NCBI GenBank assembly: GCA_047974565.1 | Contig: JBKECN010000019.1 | Location: forward strand, 117,801 to 181,800 | Source of the DNA: Actinomycetales bacterium | GTDB taxonomy: Bacteria; Actinomycetota; Actinomycetes; Actinomycetales; CAWJMD01 | Direction: 5' to 3' | Length of the DNA stretch: 64,000 bases | Part shown: positions 1-10,591 of the stretch, in pieces | Layout: every line of letters begins with the position of its first letter | How positions within the stretch are numbered: position 1 is the first letter of the stretch | Program-made: the position numbers and the translations under genes | Notes under the pieces: model-generated | Seen by the model: only the letters and a program-made list of their open reading frames with translations | Told to the model about the DNA's origin: nothing | Databases searched by the model: none

Positions 1-126
1 TCCAGCGGCTACCGGCGGTATCAACGCGCCTGGCGGAACAGCCCCGACGCCGGCGAGGGACCGGCAGCCTTCCTGGCCAAGCGTCGACCTGACTACACCT
101 GGCATCCGGCTGATCTGGATTCCTGA
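1..126 (+). CDS. 3' end of an enoyl-CoA hydratase/crotonase-family protein (truncated by the window edge)
   Basis: Frame 1 reads SSGYRRYQRAWRNSPDAGEGPAAFLAKRRPDYTWHPADLDS*. D-x-x-E-G-x-x-A-F-x-x-K-R-x-P is the typical crotonase C-terminal motif. Confidence 0.75.
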   Translation, partial: SSGYRRYQRAWRNSPDAGEGPAAFLAKRRPDYTWHPADLDS

Positions 127-418
127 CCGAGTCTGTCGGCTGATCGGCGCACTCGCGGCTGCACCCAGCACGGCAGGGCAGGGCGATAGCGCGGCGCGGC
201 GCGGGCGACCGGCACCACGGAGAGTTCGAGGTAAACCACATGCCGCGGCAAGGACCTTTCCGCGCGCAGTCCAGCCCCTGATCCTGGACCTATCCCGCGC
301 GCCACGGGCGGACCTGTGCCGGCGGATCCGGCCGTCCATGGAGCGGTGCGTCCCCATCCTGGCCGGCCAGCGCCCACGGGGTCGTCCGGCACGCGACGCC
401 TCTTGAGAGAATCACCCG

Positions 419-826
419 GTGAGCAGTGGAGAACCCCAGACCTTCTACGACGCCGTCGGCGGGCACGAGACCTTCGTCAAGCTGGTGGCCCGGTTCTACG
501 AAGGCGTCGCCGACGACCCCGAACTTCGCGCCATGTATCCCGAGGACGATCTCGGCCCCGCCGAGGTGCGGCTGCGGATGTTCCTGGAGCAGTACTGGGG
601 CGGGCCCACCACGTACAGCGAGCAACGCGGACATCCGCGGCTACGGATGCGGCACATCCCGTACGCCATCACACCCACCATGCGCGACCATTGGCTCGCC
701 CACATGCGGGTGGCCGTCGACGAGGTCGGTCTGCCCGAGCCGCTGGAGCGGATGCTGTGGACCTATCTGACCGGGGCCGCGCAGGCCATGGTGAACACCC
801 TCGAGGAGCCCGCACCGCAGGCCTGA
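419..826 (+). CDS. glbO: Group II truncated hemoglobin
   Basis: [17 protein letters not shown] and [14 protein letters not shown] motifs. Lies next to an alpha-glucosidase, as in other actinobacteria. Confidence 0.95.
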   Translation: MSSGEPQTFYDAVGGHETFVKLVARFYEGVADDPELRAMYPEDDLGPAEVRLRMFLEQYWGGPTTYSEQRGHPRLRMRHIPYAITPTMRDHWLAHMRVAVDEVGLPEPLERMLWTYLTGAAQAMVNTLEEPAPQA

Positions 827-974
827 CCTCACGCCGGCAGATCGTGCGCCTGCCCAGCCACACCGGGTACGCCAGGACAAGTGCCCGCAGTCCAGGGCCC
901 GGGCTCGGCCCTGTCGGCAGCCCGGTTCCGGCGAAGTTTGCCCGCGGCCGGGGGGTTGGCCGTAGCCTCTCCCG

Positions 975-2654
975 GTGACTTCCTCTGCACCTGGTGCCGC
1001 TGCCGCAGACAACGACTCCGCCTGGTGGCGTAGCGCCGTCATCTACCAGATCTACCCCCGCTCCTTCGCCGACTCCAACGGCGACGGGATGGGCGACCTG
1101 CCCGGTATCACCGACAAGCTCGAGTATCTCGCCGAGCTCGGCGTGGACGCGGTCTGGCTGTCGCCCTTCTACGCCTCACCGCAGGCCGACGCCGGCTACG
1201 ACGTGGCCGACTACCGGGACATCGACCCGACCTTCGGCACCCTCGCCGACGCCGACGCCCTCATCGAACGGGCTCACGGGCTCGGCCTGCGAGTCATCGT
1301 GGACCTGGTGCCCAACCACACCTCGGACGAGCACGAGTGGTTCCCCGCCGCCATCGCCGCCGGCCCGAACTCCCTCGAGCGCAACCGGTATCACTTCCGA
1401 GACGGCCGCGGAGCCGACGGTGACCAGCCCCCGAACAACTGGAAGTCGGTCTTCGGGGGGCCGGCCTGGGAGCGGATCACCGAGCCGGATGGTTCGCCAG
1501 GACAGTGGTACCTGCACCTGTTCGACGTCAAGCAGCCGGACCTGAACTGGGAGAACCCGCAGGTGCGTGAGGAGTTCCACGCGATCCTGCGGTTCTGGCT
1601 GGACCGCGGGGTGGACGGCTTCCGGGTGGACGTGGCCCACGGGCTGGTCAAGGCCGAGGGGCTGCCGGATTCCAAGACCGGGGACGACCCCGACCTGCTG
1701 CACGGCGACCATGACCCCTTCGAGCGCGAGCCCTTCTGGGACCAGGACGGGGTGCACGAGATCTACCGCGGCTGGAACGCGGTGCTGAGTGAGTACTCCG
1801 GCGACCGGATGATGGTTGCCGAGGCGTGGGTGCAACCGGCCGAGCGCCTGGCTCTGTACCTTCGTCACGACGAGTTCCACCAGGCGTTCAACTTCCCGTA
1901 TCTGGAGTCTCGCTGGTCGCCGACCGTGCAGCGTTCGGTGATCGCCTCCTCCCTGGCTGCCGACGCGGTGGTCGGTTCCCCCACCACCTGGGTGCTGAGC
2001 AACCACGACGTGGTGCGTCACCGCACCCGGTTGGCGTTGCCTGCCGATGCGGGTCGCCCCAACGGGATCGGCCCGGACGACCCGCAGCCCGACCAGGAGT
2101 TGGGCCTGCGCCGGGCGCGCGCGGCGACGTTGATGATGCTGGCCCTGCCGGGATCGGCTTACGTGTACCAGGGCGAGGAACTGGGTCTGCCCGAACACAC
2201 CACCCTGCCGGATGAGGCGCGGCAGGACCCGACCTTCTTCCGGCACCACGGCACCGTCAAGGGCCGCGACGGGTGCCGGGTCCCGATGCCCTGGCGATCC
2301 GGGGAGCCGGGCCTTGGTTTCGGTCCTTCCGACAAGACCTGGCTGCCGCAGCCGGCCTCGTACGCCCAGCTGGCCGCCGACGCCCAGGACGGGCAGGACG
2401 GATCGACCCTGGAGCTGTACCGGGCCGCTCTGCGGCTCAGGCGCGAATACCGGCTCGGCCTGGGCGATCTCCATTGGCGCGACGAGTTCGGCCCAGAGGT
2501 GGTCGCCTTCGACCGGGCACCGGTGAGTTCGCTGACGAACTTCGGCGCGACTGCGGTGGATCTGCCCGAGGGCGCCCGGGTCGTCCTGGCCTCGGGTGAC
2601 CTGGTGGACGGCAAGGTTGGGCAGGACCAGACGGTCTGGTTCACCCGGGACTGA
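975..2654 (+). CDS. aglA: GH13 alpha-glucosidase
   Basis: WWRSAVIYQIYPRSF, DLVPNH, DGFRVDVAHG (nucleophile), AEAW, SNHD and YQGEELG motifs. TAGCCT lies 6 nt before the GTG (leaderless). Confidence 0.93.
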   Translation: MTSSAPGAAAADNDSAWWRSAVIYQIYPRSFADSNGDGMGDLPGITDKLEYLAELGVDAVWLSPFYASPQADAGYDVADYRDIDPTFGTLADADALIERAHGLGLRVIVDLVPNHTSDEHEWFPAAIAAGPNSLERNRYHFRDGRGADGDQPPNNWKSVFGGPAWERITEPDGSPGQWYLHLFDVKQPDLNWENPQVREEFHAILRFWLDRGVDGFRVDVAHGLVKAEGLPDSKTGDDPDLLHGDHDPFEREPFWDQDGVHEIYRGWNAVLSEYSGDRMMVAEAWVQPAERLALYLRHDEFHQAFNFPYLESRWSPTVQRSVIASSLAADAVVGSPTTWVLSNHDVVRHRTRLALPADAGRPNGIGPDDPQPDQELGLRRARAATLMMLALPGSAYVYQGEELGLPEHTTLPDEARQDPTFFRHHGTVKGRDGCRVPMPWRSGEPGLGFGPSDKTWLPQPASYAQLAADAQDGQDGSTLELYRAALRLRREYRLGLGDLHWRDEFGPEVVAFDRAPVSSLTNFGATAVDLPEGARVVLASGDLVDGKVGQDQTVWFTRD

Positions 2655-2690
2655 TCTCAGGCCCCAGCTCGCTGACGGGCTGGGGTCGCC

Positions 2691-3440
2691 TCAGATCAGC
2701 GGCCGGCGGCTCAGGACGAATCCGCCTGGGCAACTGACGCGGGTCCACGCCCCGGCGGTGTGCACCGGCACCGGCTCCATCGGCCCAGGCCCGGTGGGCG
2801 AGCCGGGGCGCCCCGCCTGGCGGTCACCGGCACCGGGATCTGCTCCGACCGCCGGCGAGAGGAAGCCGAGCCGCTGGGCCGCCAGACCCACCGCCGCGGT
2901 CAGCGATGGCCGATCCGTGGCATCGGGGCCGGCGTCCGTCGGCTCGGGCACGGCCGCGTACGGCAGGTCGCGTCCCCACACCAAGGTCCGCAGCCGGGTC
3001 ACCGCAGCGGAGCCGGAGCCTTCGGGCGCCCCGGAGGCCACCTCGGCGACCCCGTTGCGGGCCACCTCGTGCAACGTCCGCTGGTCGAGCAGACCCACCG
3101 GCCGCCAGCCCGATCTGGGTGGGAGCACCCCAGCCCACGGGGCCGTGATGGTCTGCGGAGGCACCGGCAAGGTCAGCCCGTTCTGCGGGTGGGCCAGCCG
3201 GTCGCTCACCGCGGAGATCGGGACCACCGCGTCCAGGGTGCTCGGCTCGGCCAGGGCGAGGGTGCGCAAGCCGAGCACGGTTACCGTCCCGGCCCCGTGA
3301 AAGGCGCAGACGTACACGGCCGCAACCTTTCCCACACCGACGATCCGGCAGGCCCCGCCCGGGTCGAGCTGACCTGCCCGGTGCAGGAAGGTGGCCAGGT
3401 CTCGCGCGGACTCGGGGTCGGCAAGCGTCCAGCCGGTCAC
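2691..3440 (-). CDS. Conserved actinobacterial hypothetical protein (Rv2474c-like, downstream of the thioesterase)
   Basis: GTG at 3440 gives MTGWTLADPESARDLATFLHRAGQLD...VLGLRT...WAGVLPPRSGW...GAWTRVSCPGGFV. Position next to the thioesterase matches the usual synteny. Confidence 0.75.
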   Translation of the reverse strand: MTGWTLADPESARDLATFLHRAGQLDPGGACRIVGVGKVAAVYVCAFHGAGTVTVLGLRTLALAEPSTLDAVVPISAVSDRLAHPQNGLTLPVPPQTITAPWAGVLPPRSGWRPVGLLDQRTLHEVARNGVAEVASGAPEGSGSAAVTRLRTLVWGRDLPYAAVPEPTDAGPDATDRPSLTAAVGLAAQRLGFLSPAVGADPGAGDRQAGRPGSPTGPGPMEPVPVHTAGAWTRVSCPGGFVLSRRPLI

Positions 3441-3504
3441 TGGCTGACCTCGTGCCGGGCGCGCGCCGCACCCGACCGCACGCGCCGCGAGCCGCCCAGG
3501 CTGC

Positions 3505-3984
3505 TCACTGTGGTGCCTCGACCCGGGCCGCGCGCTGGCGACTGCGCAACGCCACGGGTTCGTCCCACCACTGCCGGAATTTCTCCCGGTCGCCGGGCCC
3601 AATCCGCTTGGGCCGCAACTTGTCCAGGTCGTAGGCGACCATGGTGGATTCGGCCCGGGCATACACCACGGGCGCGGCGCCCTCGTCGTCGGAGTCGTCG
3701 AGCACCTCGTAACACATCTCGAACGAGGCTCCCGCGACCGAACTGATCCACAGGTCGATCGCCACCGGCGCCGGCCGGTAGTGCAGCGGAACCAGGTAGT
3801 CGATCTCGTGCCGGGCGACGATCAGGCCGGTGGACAGCAGGTCTCCGCCGTCGTCGGCGTCGTGACCGTGGAAGGCGATGACCCGGGCGTCCTCCATCAG
3901 CCGCAGAAACTGGACATTGTTCACGTGCCCGTAGGCATCCATGTCCGACCACCGCAAGGGCGTCATGACGCGCCGTCGTGCCAC
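3505..3984 (-). CDS. Acyl-CoA thioesterase, 4HBT/YbgC hotdog family
   Basis: LRWSDMDAYGHVNN motif. Strong RBS (AAGGAGG) before the GTG. Confidence 0.92.
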   Translation of the reverse strand: MARRRVMTPLRWSDMDAYGHVNNVQFLRLMEDARVIAFHGHDADDGGDLLSTGLIVARHEIDYLVPLHYRPAPVAIDLWISSVAGASFEMCYEVLDDSDDEGAAPVVYARAESTMVAYDLDKLRPKRIGPGDREKFRQWWDEPVALRSRQRAARVEAPQ

Positions 3985-4310
3985 CGTTCCTCCTTCTCCT
4001 CGGGCGCACCGTCCGGCATTGCCGGGGCGCGCCGTGCTGCGTCGGCGTCACCGGCGGGCAGTACCGGGTTGTGCTCATCACCGTCTCGGCCGACCTGACT
4101 CCCACCGGCCCCGCCGGGTGAGGGATTCGGATGCGGCGCCCGGCGACCTCGGTTCGGCAATCTATCGCGTCCCGCCGGCGCCTCAGAGTGCACCGGCCGA
4201 CCCCCTCGCCCGTCACCGCCCGAGGTCCGAGCACCCCAGGAGCACGAGCACCCCAGGACCACCGGAGTCATGGTTGCGCCGACCGGAGCCGGTGCCTACG
4301 GTGGCTCGGC

Positions 4311-4673
4311 ATGAGTGACCGGGCCACGCCTAACCTGCCAGCGCGCGACTTGACCGTCACCGCGACCTTCTACGCGGCGCTGGGCTTCGTGGAGGAGTAC
4401 CGCGACTCCGGGTGGCTGATCATGACCCGTGGCGGTCTCACCCTGGAGTTCTTCCCGTTCGCCTCCCTCGACCCCGCCACCAGTTCGTTCGGGTGCTGCC
4501 TGCGCCTGGACGATGTCGATGAGTTCTATCAGGCCTGCCTGGCTGCCGGGATCCCGGAGAAGTCCACCGGGTGGCCTCGGTTGCATGCCGTGCAGACGGA
4601 CACCTCGGGGCTGCGGATCGGGTCGCTCATCGACCCGGACTGCACGCTGCTGCGGCTCGTGCAGAACGATTGA
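4311..4673 (+). CDS. ble: Bleomycin-binding protein (VOC fold, Tn5 Ble-like)
   Basis: ATPNLP-x-RD, GW-x-I, LEFF, S-x-F-x-CCLRLDD, G-x-PR-x-H and DPD-x-TLLRL-x-QN match the Tn5 Ble pattern from memory. Confidence 0.85.
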   Translation: MSDRATPNLPARDLTVTATFYAALGFVEEYRDSGWLIMTRGGLTLEFFPFASLDPATSSFGCCLRLDDVDEFYQACLAAGIPEKSTGWPRLHAVQTDTSGLRIGSLIDPDCTLLRLVQND

Positions 4674-4747
4674 CCTGCCGGTGTATCTGCGCCGGCGGCG
4701 CTGGGCGCGGGCAGGTGTGCCGACCCGGGCCGGGAAGGTAGCCGCCG

Positions 4748-5470
4748 TCACGTCCCCAGCCAGGCCGACACCCGTGCGCCCGGCCAGACCGACGCCAGGG
4801 CAACCCAGGTCGCGCCGGCGAGGGCGGCGGCGAAGGTCATCGTCCAGACCGTCGCCGGGACGCCGGTGAGGTGGGCCAGGCGTGCCGCGTCGCTGCCTGC
4901 GGTGCGGGCCCTGGCGGCAGCGGCCAGGTGGCGCCAGGCACCCACGAGCAGGGTCGCCCCCACCACCCCGACGGCGCCCGCCTGCACGGCGTCGTCCCGC
5001 CACCACCACAGGGCGCCCACCGCGACAAGCGCGCTGCCGGTGACCGCCAGCGTCAGCAGCGACCGAACCCGGATCAGCACGACGAGCAGTACCAGCAGGG
5101 CTCCGGTGATCAGCGGTGCAGCCCAGCCGCGGACCGCCATCACGACCATCAGGGCGCCGAGCAGTCCGGGAGCCGGGTAGCCGGCCCAGGTGGTGGCGAC
5201 CAGGGCCGGCCCGCGCGCGGGACCGGTGGTGACCGCGTGCCCGCTGGCGTCGGCGTTGAGGACGAACCCGTCGAAACGGCGGCCCAAGGCCACGCCGACC
5301 CCCGCATGGCCCAGCTCGTGCACGAGCGTGACAACCAGCCGGAGCCGACGCCAGAGCGGGCCGACTGCTGCCAACGCCAGTGCCGCCACCACCCACCACA
5401 ACCAGGCGTCGGCACCCACCATCTGGCCGGTGGGAGCCGAGCGCTCGACGACACCCTGGATCCACGTCAC
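4748..5470 (-). CDS. M50B-like membrane metallopeptidase
   Basis: HELGH zinc motif, SGHA and AGYPAP, C-terminal SDA, several transmembrane segments. Confidence 0.85.
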   Translation of the reverse strand: MTWIQGVVERSAPTGQMVGADAWLWWVVAALALAAVGPLWRRLRLVVTLVHELGHAGVGVALGRRFDGFVLNADASGHAVTTGPARGPALVATTWAGYPAPGLLGALMVVMAVRGWAAPLITGALLVLLVVLIRVRSLLTLAVTGSALVAVGALWWWRDDAVQAGAVGVVGATLLVGAWRHLAAAARARTAGSDAARLAHLTGVPATVWTMTFAAALAGATWVALASVWPGARVSAWLGT

Positions 5471-5538
5471 CTCCCCACGGTACGGACCTGACCTGGACGG
5501 TTCCTGGATGCCACCCCGGGTGCCGCCCGGTCGGCCGA

Positions 5539-8500
5539 TCAGCCGTCGGTCAACTGGCGCAGGGCACGTTCGATCCGCGGCACCGAGACCGGCCCCGAGG
5601 TGGGCATCCCGGGAGCCAGCAGCGAGACCCGCAACTCCTCCAGTTGCCAGCGCAGGTCGGCCAGTTCGACGCGGCGCGGGTCATCGGCCCGGGTTGCCTC
5701 CAGCAGGGTGCGCCACCGGTCTTGCACAGCCCGCACCTGGGCCAGCCCGGAGGCGTCGCGGCCCGGATCGGAGCCGGCCCGGTCCAGACGCCGCAGGGCC
5801 GCCTGCAGGTACCGCTGCAGGTCGGGCAGCCGGGCGATCCCCGCCGAGGTGACGAAGCCGGGACGGATCAGCCGGGTGAGGTGCTCACGTTCGTCGTGCG
5901 CGGCCGCCAGCGCCGACCGAGGGGCGTCCTTGATGGCCGCGTCGAGGGCGCGCGCGCTGGCCAGTACCCGGGCAACCAGGGGGAACACGGTGCGCAGCCG
6001 GGAGGCGAGACCGGCGTCCACCTGGGCCCGAAGTCGGGCGAAACCTGTTGCATCCCAGGCCGGACCACCGGATTCGGCGACGATCTCGTCGATCACCGCG
6101 CCCGCGACGTCGTGGACGAGGGCAGGCAGGGCGCCATGCGGGGCGGCGGTCAGGGCCAGGCGAGCCCCGGTGTCCCAGTCCTCGGTGAGCGAGCCCACCG
6201 TGGGCACCCGGACCAGACGCAATAGCAGGCGGCGGGTCCCGGCGCGCATGGCCTGCGCCTGCTCGGCCGGGCTGGCCAGCACCTGCACCTCGACCCGGCC
6301 ACCCGCGTCCACCAGGGCCGGGAAGCCGGTGACCTGTCCGGCCGGGCCGGGCACGGTGAGTTCGCGGGGCAGGCCGTCGAGGCTCCAGTCGGTCAGCTCG
6401 CCGGTGGGCAGGCCGGCGGCCGACCCGGCCTGCGCGAGAGCCTGGCCGAGCGACTGGCGCGAGGCCTGGCTCACCGAGGCGACATCCTTGCCGGCTGCCA
6501 CGGTCCGTCCCCGCTCCCCGGTGACGTTGACCCGGACTCGCAGGTGGGCAGGCACCTTCTCCCAGTCGAAGGCCTCGACCGGGATGGGGGTGCCGGCCAG
6601 CCGGCCGAGTTCGCGGGCCAGCGCCGGCAGCAAGGGTTCCCCTCCGGGGTGCACCCGCTCCAGGGCGCGGGTGGCGTTGTCCGGGGCCGGGGCCAGGTGC
6701 CGCCGGTACTGCTTGGGCAGCGACCGGATCAGCGCGGTGACCAACTCGTGCCGCAGACCGGGCACCTGCCATTCGAAGGAGGCCGAGTCCACCTGGTTGA
6801 GCACCGCGGCGGGCACCGTCACTGTCACCCCGTCCGCGCCGGACCCGGGATCGAAGCGGTACCCGACCGACAGATCCAGTCCCCCGACCCGCCAGGAGTC
6901 GGGGAAGTCGTCGCGGGAGACCTGTTCGGCGTCCTCGCGAACCAGGTCGTCCTCGGTGAAGGTGAGCAGGTCGGGCGAACGGTGCCGGGCCTTGCGCCAC
7001 CATCGGTCGAAGTGAGCCCCGGACACCACGGTGTCAGGGATCCTGGCGTCGTAGAAAGCGAAGATCGTCTCGTCGTCCACGACGATGTCCCGGCGCCGGC
7101 TGCGGTGCTCGAGGTCGGCGACCCGTTCCAGGGTGGCCTTGTTGTCCCGGACGAAGTGGTGCCGGGTGCGCCAGTCGCCCTCGACCAGGGCCTGCCTGAT
7201 GAACAGGTCCCGGGCGAGTTCGGGGTCGATCCGGCCCAGGCCGACGATCCGGTCCGCCACGATCGGCACCCCGTACAGGGTGACCTTCTCGTGGGCGATG
7301 GCACTGCCGCGCTTGGCCGACCAGGTGGGTTCGGAGTATGAGCGTTTGAGCAGGTGCTCCCCCACCTGCTCGACCCATTCGGTCTCGATCCCGGCGACGG
7401 TACGCGCCCACAGCCGACTGGTCTCCACCACCTCGGCGGCCATCAGCAACTCGGGGGGCTTCTTGGCCAGTGCCGAGCCCGGCCAGATGGCGAACCGGAT
7501 GCCCCGGGCGCCCTGGTACTCGGTGAGGGGTCGTCGGCCGCGGGAGGCTTGGCGCTCTCGGTCGTCCCGGTGACCGACATAGGACAGCAGACCGGCCAGC
7601 AGGCTGCGATGCACCGCGGCCAGGTCGGGGGTGCCCTGGTCGGTGGAGGTGCGGGACAACGTGATCTTGGCTTCCTTGGCCGCCCGCCGCAGTTGCGCGA
7701 CCAGATCCTGCCACTCGCGAATCCGTAGGAAGTGCAGATACTCTCGTCGACACATGCGGCGAAAGGCACTGGAGGACAAGTCTTTTTGTTGCTCACGCAA
7801 ATAGCGCCAGAGGTTCAGGTAGGCGGCGAAATCTGAGGTGTCGTCGGCGAAGCGGGCGTGCGCCAGGTCGGCGGCCTGCTGGTGGTCGGCGGGGCGTTCG
7901 CGCGGGTCCTGGATGGATAGGGCGGCGACGACGACGATGACCTCCTCTACACAGCCCGCCTGGTCGGCGGCGAGCACCATCCTGGCCAGTCGCGGGTCCA
8001 CCGGGATCCGCACCAGCCGGCGGCCGATCCGGGTCAGCCGCACCCCCGCGTCGTCGCGGCGGCCGGTGGATTCGATGGCGTGCAGTTCCTCCAGGAGGGC
8101 GACGCCGTCGCGGATCGCCCGCGGGTCGGGCTTGTCGATGAAGTCGAAGGCGGCGATGTCGCCGAGGCCGATATTGGCCATCTGCAGGATCACCGAGGCG
8201 AGGTTGGTGCGCAGGATCTCGGGGTCGGTGTACTCGGGCCGCGAGTCATAGTCGGTCTCCCCGTACAGCCGGATCGCCACCCCGTCGGCGGTCCGCCCAC
8301 ACCGCCCGGCCCGCTGGCGGGCAGAGGCCTGGGAGATCGGCTCGATCGGCAGTCGCTGCACCTTCGTGCGCGTCGAGTAGCGCGAGATCCTCGCCAGGCC
8401 GGTGTCGATGACGTACCGGATGCCCGGCACCGTCAGGGACGTCTCGGCCACGTTGGTGGCCAACACGATCCGCCGGCCCGCGTGCGGGGCGAACACCCGG

Positions 8501-9333
8501 TGCTGCTCGGCCGCCGACAGCCGGGCGAAGAGCGGTACGAGTTCGCTGTCGACAAGCCTGCCGCGGCGAATCGCGTCGGCGAGACCGTCGGTGGCGTCGC
8601 GGATCTCGCGTTCGCCGGAACAGAAGACCAGGATGTCGCCGAAGCCGATCCGCTGCAGTTCGGCGACGGCGTCCACGATCGCGCCGACCTGGTCGCGATC
8701 GGGATCGGCGTCGGGGTCATCCGGATCCACCACCGGGCGGTACCGGATCTCGACCGGGTAGGTGCGCCCGGAGACCTCGATCACAGGGGCCGGCCGGCCC
8801 TGCGCATCGGCGAAATGGGCTGCGAAACGCTCGGAGTCGATGGTCGCGGAGGTGATGATCAGCTTGAGATCGGGGCGCTTTCGCAGCAGCCCGTGCAGGT
8901 AGCCGAGCAGGAAGTCGATGTTCAGCGACCGCTCGTGCGCCTCGTCGACGATGATCGTGTCGTACTGGCGCAGCATCGGGTCGCGCTGGATCTGGGCCAG
9001 CAGGATGCCGTCGGTCATCACCCGCACCCGGGTCTGCCGACTGACCTGATCGGTGAAACGCACCGTGTAGCCGACGACGTCCCCTACCGCAGTGCCGAGT
9101 TCGTCCGCCACTCGCTCGGCCACTGCCCGGGCCGCAATCCGGCGAGGCTGGGTGTGCGCGATGGACTCTCGGCCCAGCCCGAGGCAGATCTTCGGTAGTT
9201 GGGTGGTCTTGCCGGACCCGGTCTCCCCCGCGACGATCACCACCTGGTGCTCCCGGATGGCCGCGGCGATATCGTCCCGCCGAGCGCTGACCGGCAACTC
9301 CGGGGGAAAGTCGATGGTCAGCGTCGCAGTCAT
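5539..9333 (-). CDS. hrpA: ATP-dependent RNA helicase HrpA
   Basis: GETGSGKTTQLPK, DEAH, SAT and QRAGRCGR motifs, with a long C-terminal region ending EELRVSL. Start at ATG 9333 (TACAAT upstream). Confidence 0.96.
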   Translation of the reverse strand: MTATLTIDFPPELPVSARRDDIAAAIREHQVVIVAGETGSGKTTQLPKICLGLGRESIAHTQPRRIAARAVAERVADELGTAVGDVVGYTVRFTDQVSRQTRVRVMTDGILLAQIQRDPMLRQYDTIIVDEAHERSLNIDFLLGYLHGLLRKRPDLKLIITSATIDSERFAAHFADAQGRPAPVIEVSGRTYPVEIRYRPVVDPDDPDADPDRDQVGAIVDAVAELQRIGFGDILVFCSGEREIRDATDGLADAIRRGRLVDSELVPLFARLSAAEQHRVFAPHAGRRIVLATNVAETSLTVPGIRYVIDTGLARISRYSTRTKVQRLPIEPISQASARQRAGRCGRTADGVAIRLYGETDYDSRPEYTDPEILRTNLASVILQMANIGLGDIAAFDFIDKPDPRAIRDGVALLEELHAIESTGRRDDAGVRLTRIGRRLVRIPVDPRLARMVLAADQAGCVEEVIVVVAALSIQDPRERPADHQQAADLAHARFADDTSDFAAYLNLWRYLREQQKDLSSSAFRRMCRREYLHFLRIREWQDLVAQLRRAAKEAKITLSRTSTDQGTPDLAAVHRSLLAGLLSYVGHRDDRERQASRGRRPLTEYQGARGIRFAIWPGSALAKKPPELLMAAEVVETSRLWARTVAGIETEWVEQVGEHLLKRSYSEPTWSAKRGSAIAHEKVTLYGVPIVADRIVGLGRIDPELARDLFIRQALVEGDWRTRHHFVRDNKATLERVADLEHRSRRRDIVVDDETIFAFYDARIPDTVVSGAHFDRWWRKARHRSPDLLTFTEDDLVREDAEQVSRDDFPDSWRVGGLDLSVGYRFDPGSGADGVTVTVPAAVLNQVDSASFEWQVPGLRHELVTALIRSLPKQYRRHLAPAPDNATRALERVHPGGEPLLPALARELGRLAGTPIPVEAFDWEKVPAHLRVRVNVTGERGRTVAAGKDVASVSQASRQSLGQALAQAGSAAGLPTGELTDWSLDGLPRELTVPGPAGQVTGFPALVDAGGRVEVQVLASPAEQAQAMRAGTRRLLLRLVRVPTVGSLTEDWDTGARLALTAAPHGALPALVHDVAGAVIDEIVAESGGPAWDATGFARLRAQVDAGLASRLRTVFPLVARVLASARALDAAIKDAPRSALAAAHDEREHLTRLIRPGFVTSAGIARLPDLQRYLQAALRRLDRAGSDPGRDASGLAQVRAVQDRWRTLLEATRADDPRRVELADLRWQLEELRVSLLAPGMPTSGPVSVPRIERALRQLTDG

Positions 9334-9581
9334 GGCCGCACGATTGTAACGATCGCCGGGTTGGACCCGACGCCCGAACGTTGGGCGGGGGCACCCTGGG
9401 GGGTGTGGGCCCGGCGGGGTCGCGGCGACGGGTGGGGCACCGTGGTGTCGCCCTTCGCGCGGCAGGCGAGGTCTGTCCGGCAAAAAGGCCGCGAAGCAGA
9501 AGTCAGTCCTGCGCGCATCGACCGAGAATGCTCAGTCTCGTAACATTTTTGTGATCTTACTGACCGATTTGACCTCGAAAG

Positions 9582-9596
9582 TTAACGCTGCGTGAA
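9582..9596. promoter_or_regulatory. BldD-type box upstream of the polysaccharide operon
   Basis: TTAACGCTGCGTGAA fits nTnACnCWGnGTnAn at all 9 defined positions, in an AT-rich intergenic region. Confidence 0.6.
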
Positions 9597-9655
9597 TTAG
9601 TCGCGAGTAGAATTACTGCTATCGGGTGACATATCCCAGACACTCCGTCGCTTAC

Positions 9656-9671
9656 TGTGACGAGAGTCTCA
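9656..9671. promoter_or_regulatory. Possible CRP/GlxR site
   Basis: TGTGA-CGAGAG-TCTCA has one mismatch to TGTGA-N6-TCACA. Confidence 0.35.
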
Positions 9672-9769
9672 AAAGGGTTACAAGTCGGACATTGCCTGGT
9701 TTGACTGGGTGCCGTTCATCGACTGCGACGTTGCAGGCACCACCACGCCCATCACGCAGGGGGATCACT

Positions 9770-10591
9770 TTGCGAACTGTTTCCTTCGTCCTGCCCGCCC
9801 TCAACGAAGAGGCCAACATCCCGACAGTCCTGTCGCTCATCCCGCACGAGGCTCTGGCCAGCCAGGGTTGGCGCAGCGAGGTTGTCGTCGTCGACAACGG
9901 ATCGACCGACGCGACAGCCACTCTCGCCAAGGCGTACGGCGCGTCCGTCGTCCACCAACCTGAGCGTGGCTACGGCCGGGCCTATCAGGCCGGTTTCGCG
10001 GCAGCGGCGGGCGATGTCATCGTCACCGGAGACACCGACTGCACGTACCCGCTCGACCATGCGCCGAACCTGGTCGAAGCCCTGGAGGAGTCGAACGTGG
10101 ACTTCCTCAGCACCAATCGGCTCCTGGCCGCCAACCGCGGTGCGATGTCGATGTCGCACCGACTGGCCAACCGGCTGTTGACGACCGTCAGCCGAGCCCT
10201 GATGCCCAGCCCGTTCTGCGACTCCCAGTCCGGCATGTGGGTGTTTCGGACTGCCATCCTCAACCATCTGCGACTCAACGAGCCGGGGATGGCGTTCTCT
10301 CAGGAGTTGAAGAACGAGGCGTTCCTGCGTGGCTTCCGCTGCGCCGAGGTGGAGATCGAGTACCGCACCCGTGGCGGCGATGTGAAACTTCAGGCCTGGT
10401 CGGACGGTGTGAAGAACCTGACCCAACTCGCCAGGCACAGGATTGGCCACGGAAGTGGACGACCGCGGACAATGCAGGAATGTCCGGCGCTGCCCGCTCG
10501 TCCTCTGGCCAGGCCGCACGTCGTCGACCTGCGGGACGTCGATCTGCGGGAAAGGGTCAACACCGCGCAGACGGCACATGCTCCGGAGTGA
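9770..10591 (+). CDS. GT2 glycosyltransferase (DPM1/polyprenol-phosphate sugar synthase-like)
   Basis: VLPALNEE, VVDNGSTD, GYGRA, GDTDCTY (DxD) and DSQSG motifs. TTG start after AGGGGG. Confidence 0.92.
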   Translation: MRTVSFVLPALNEEANIPTVLSLIPHEALASQGWRSEVVVVDNGSTDATATLAKAYGASVVHQPERGYGRAYQAGFAAAAGDVIVTGDTDCTYPLDHAPNLVEALEESNVDFLSTNRLLAANRGAMSMSHRLANRLLTTVSRALMPSPFCDSQSGMWVFRTAILNHLRLNEPGMAFSQELKNEAFLRGFRCAEVEIEYRTRGGDVKLQAWSDGVKNLTQLARHRIGHGSGRPRTMQECPALPARPLARPHVVDLRDVDLRERVNTAQTAHAPE

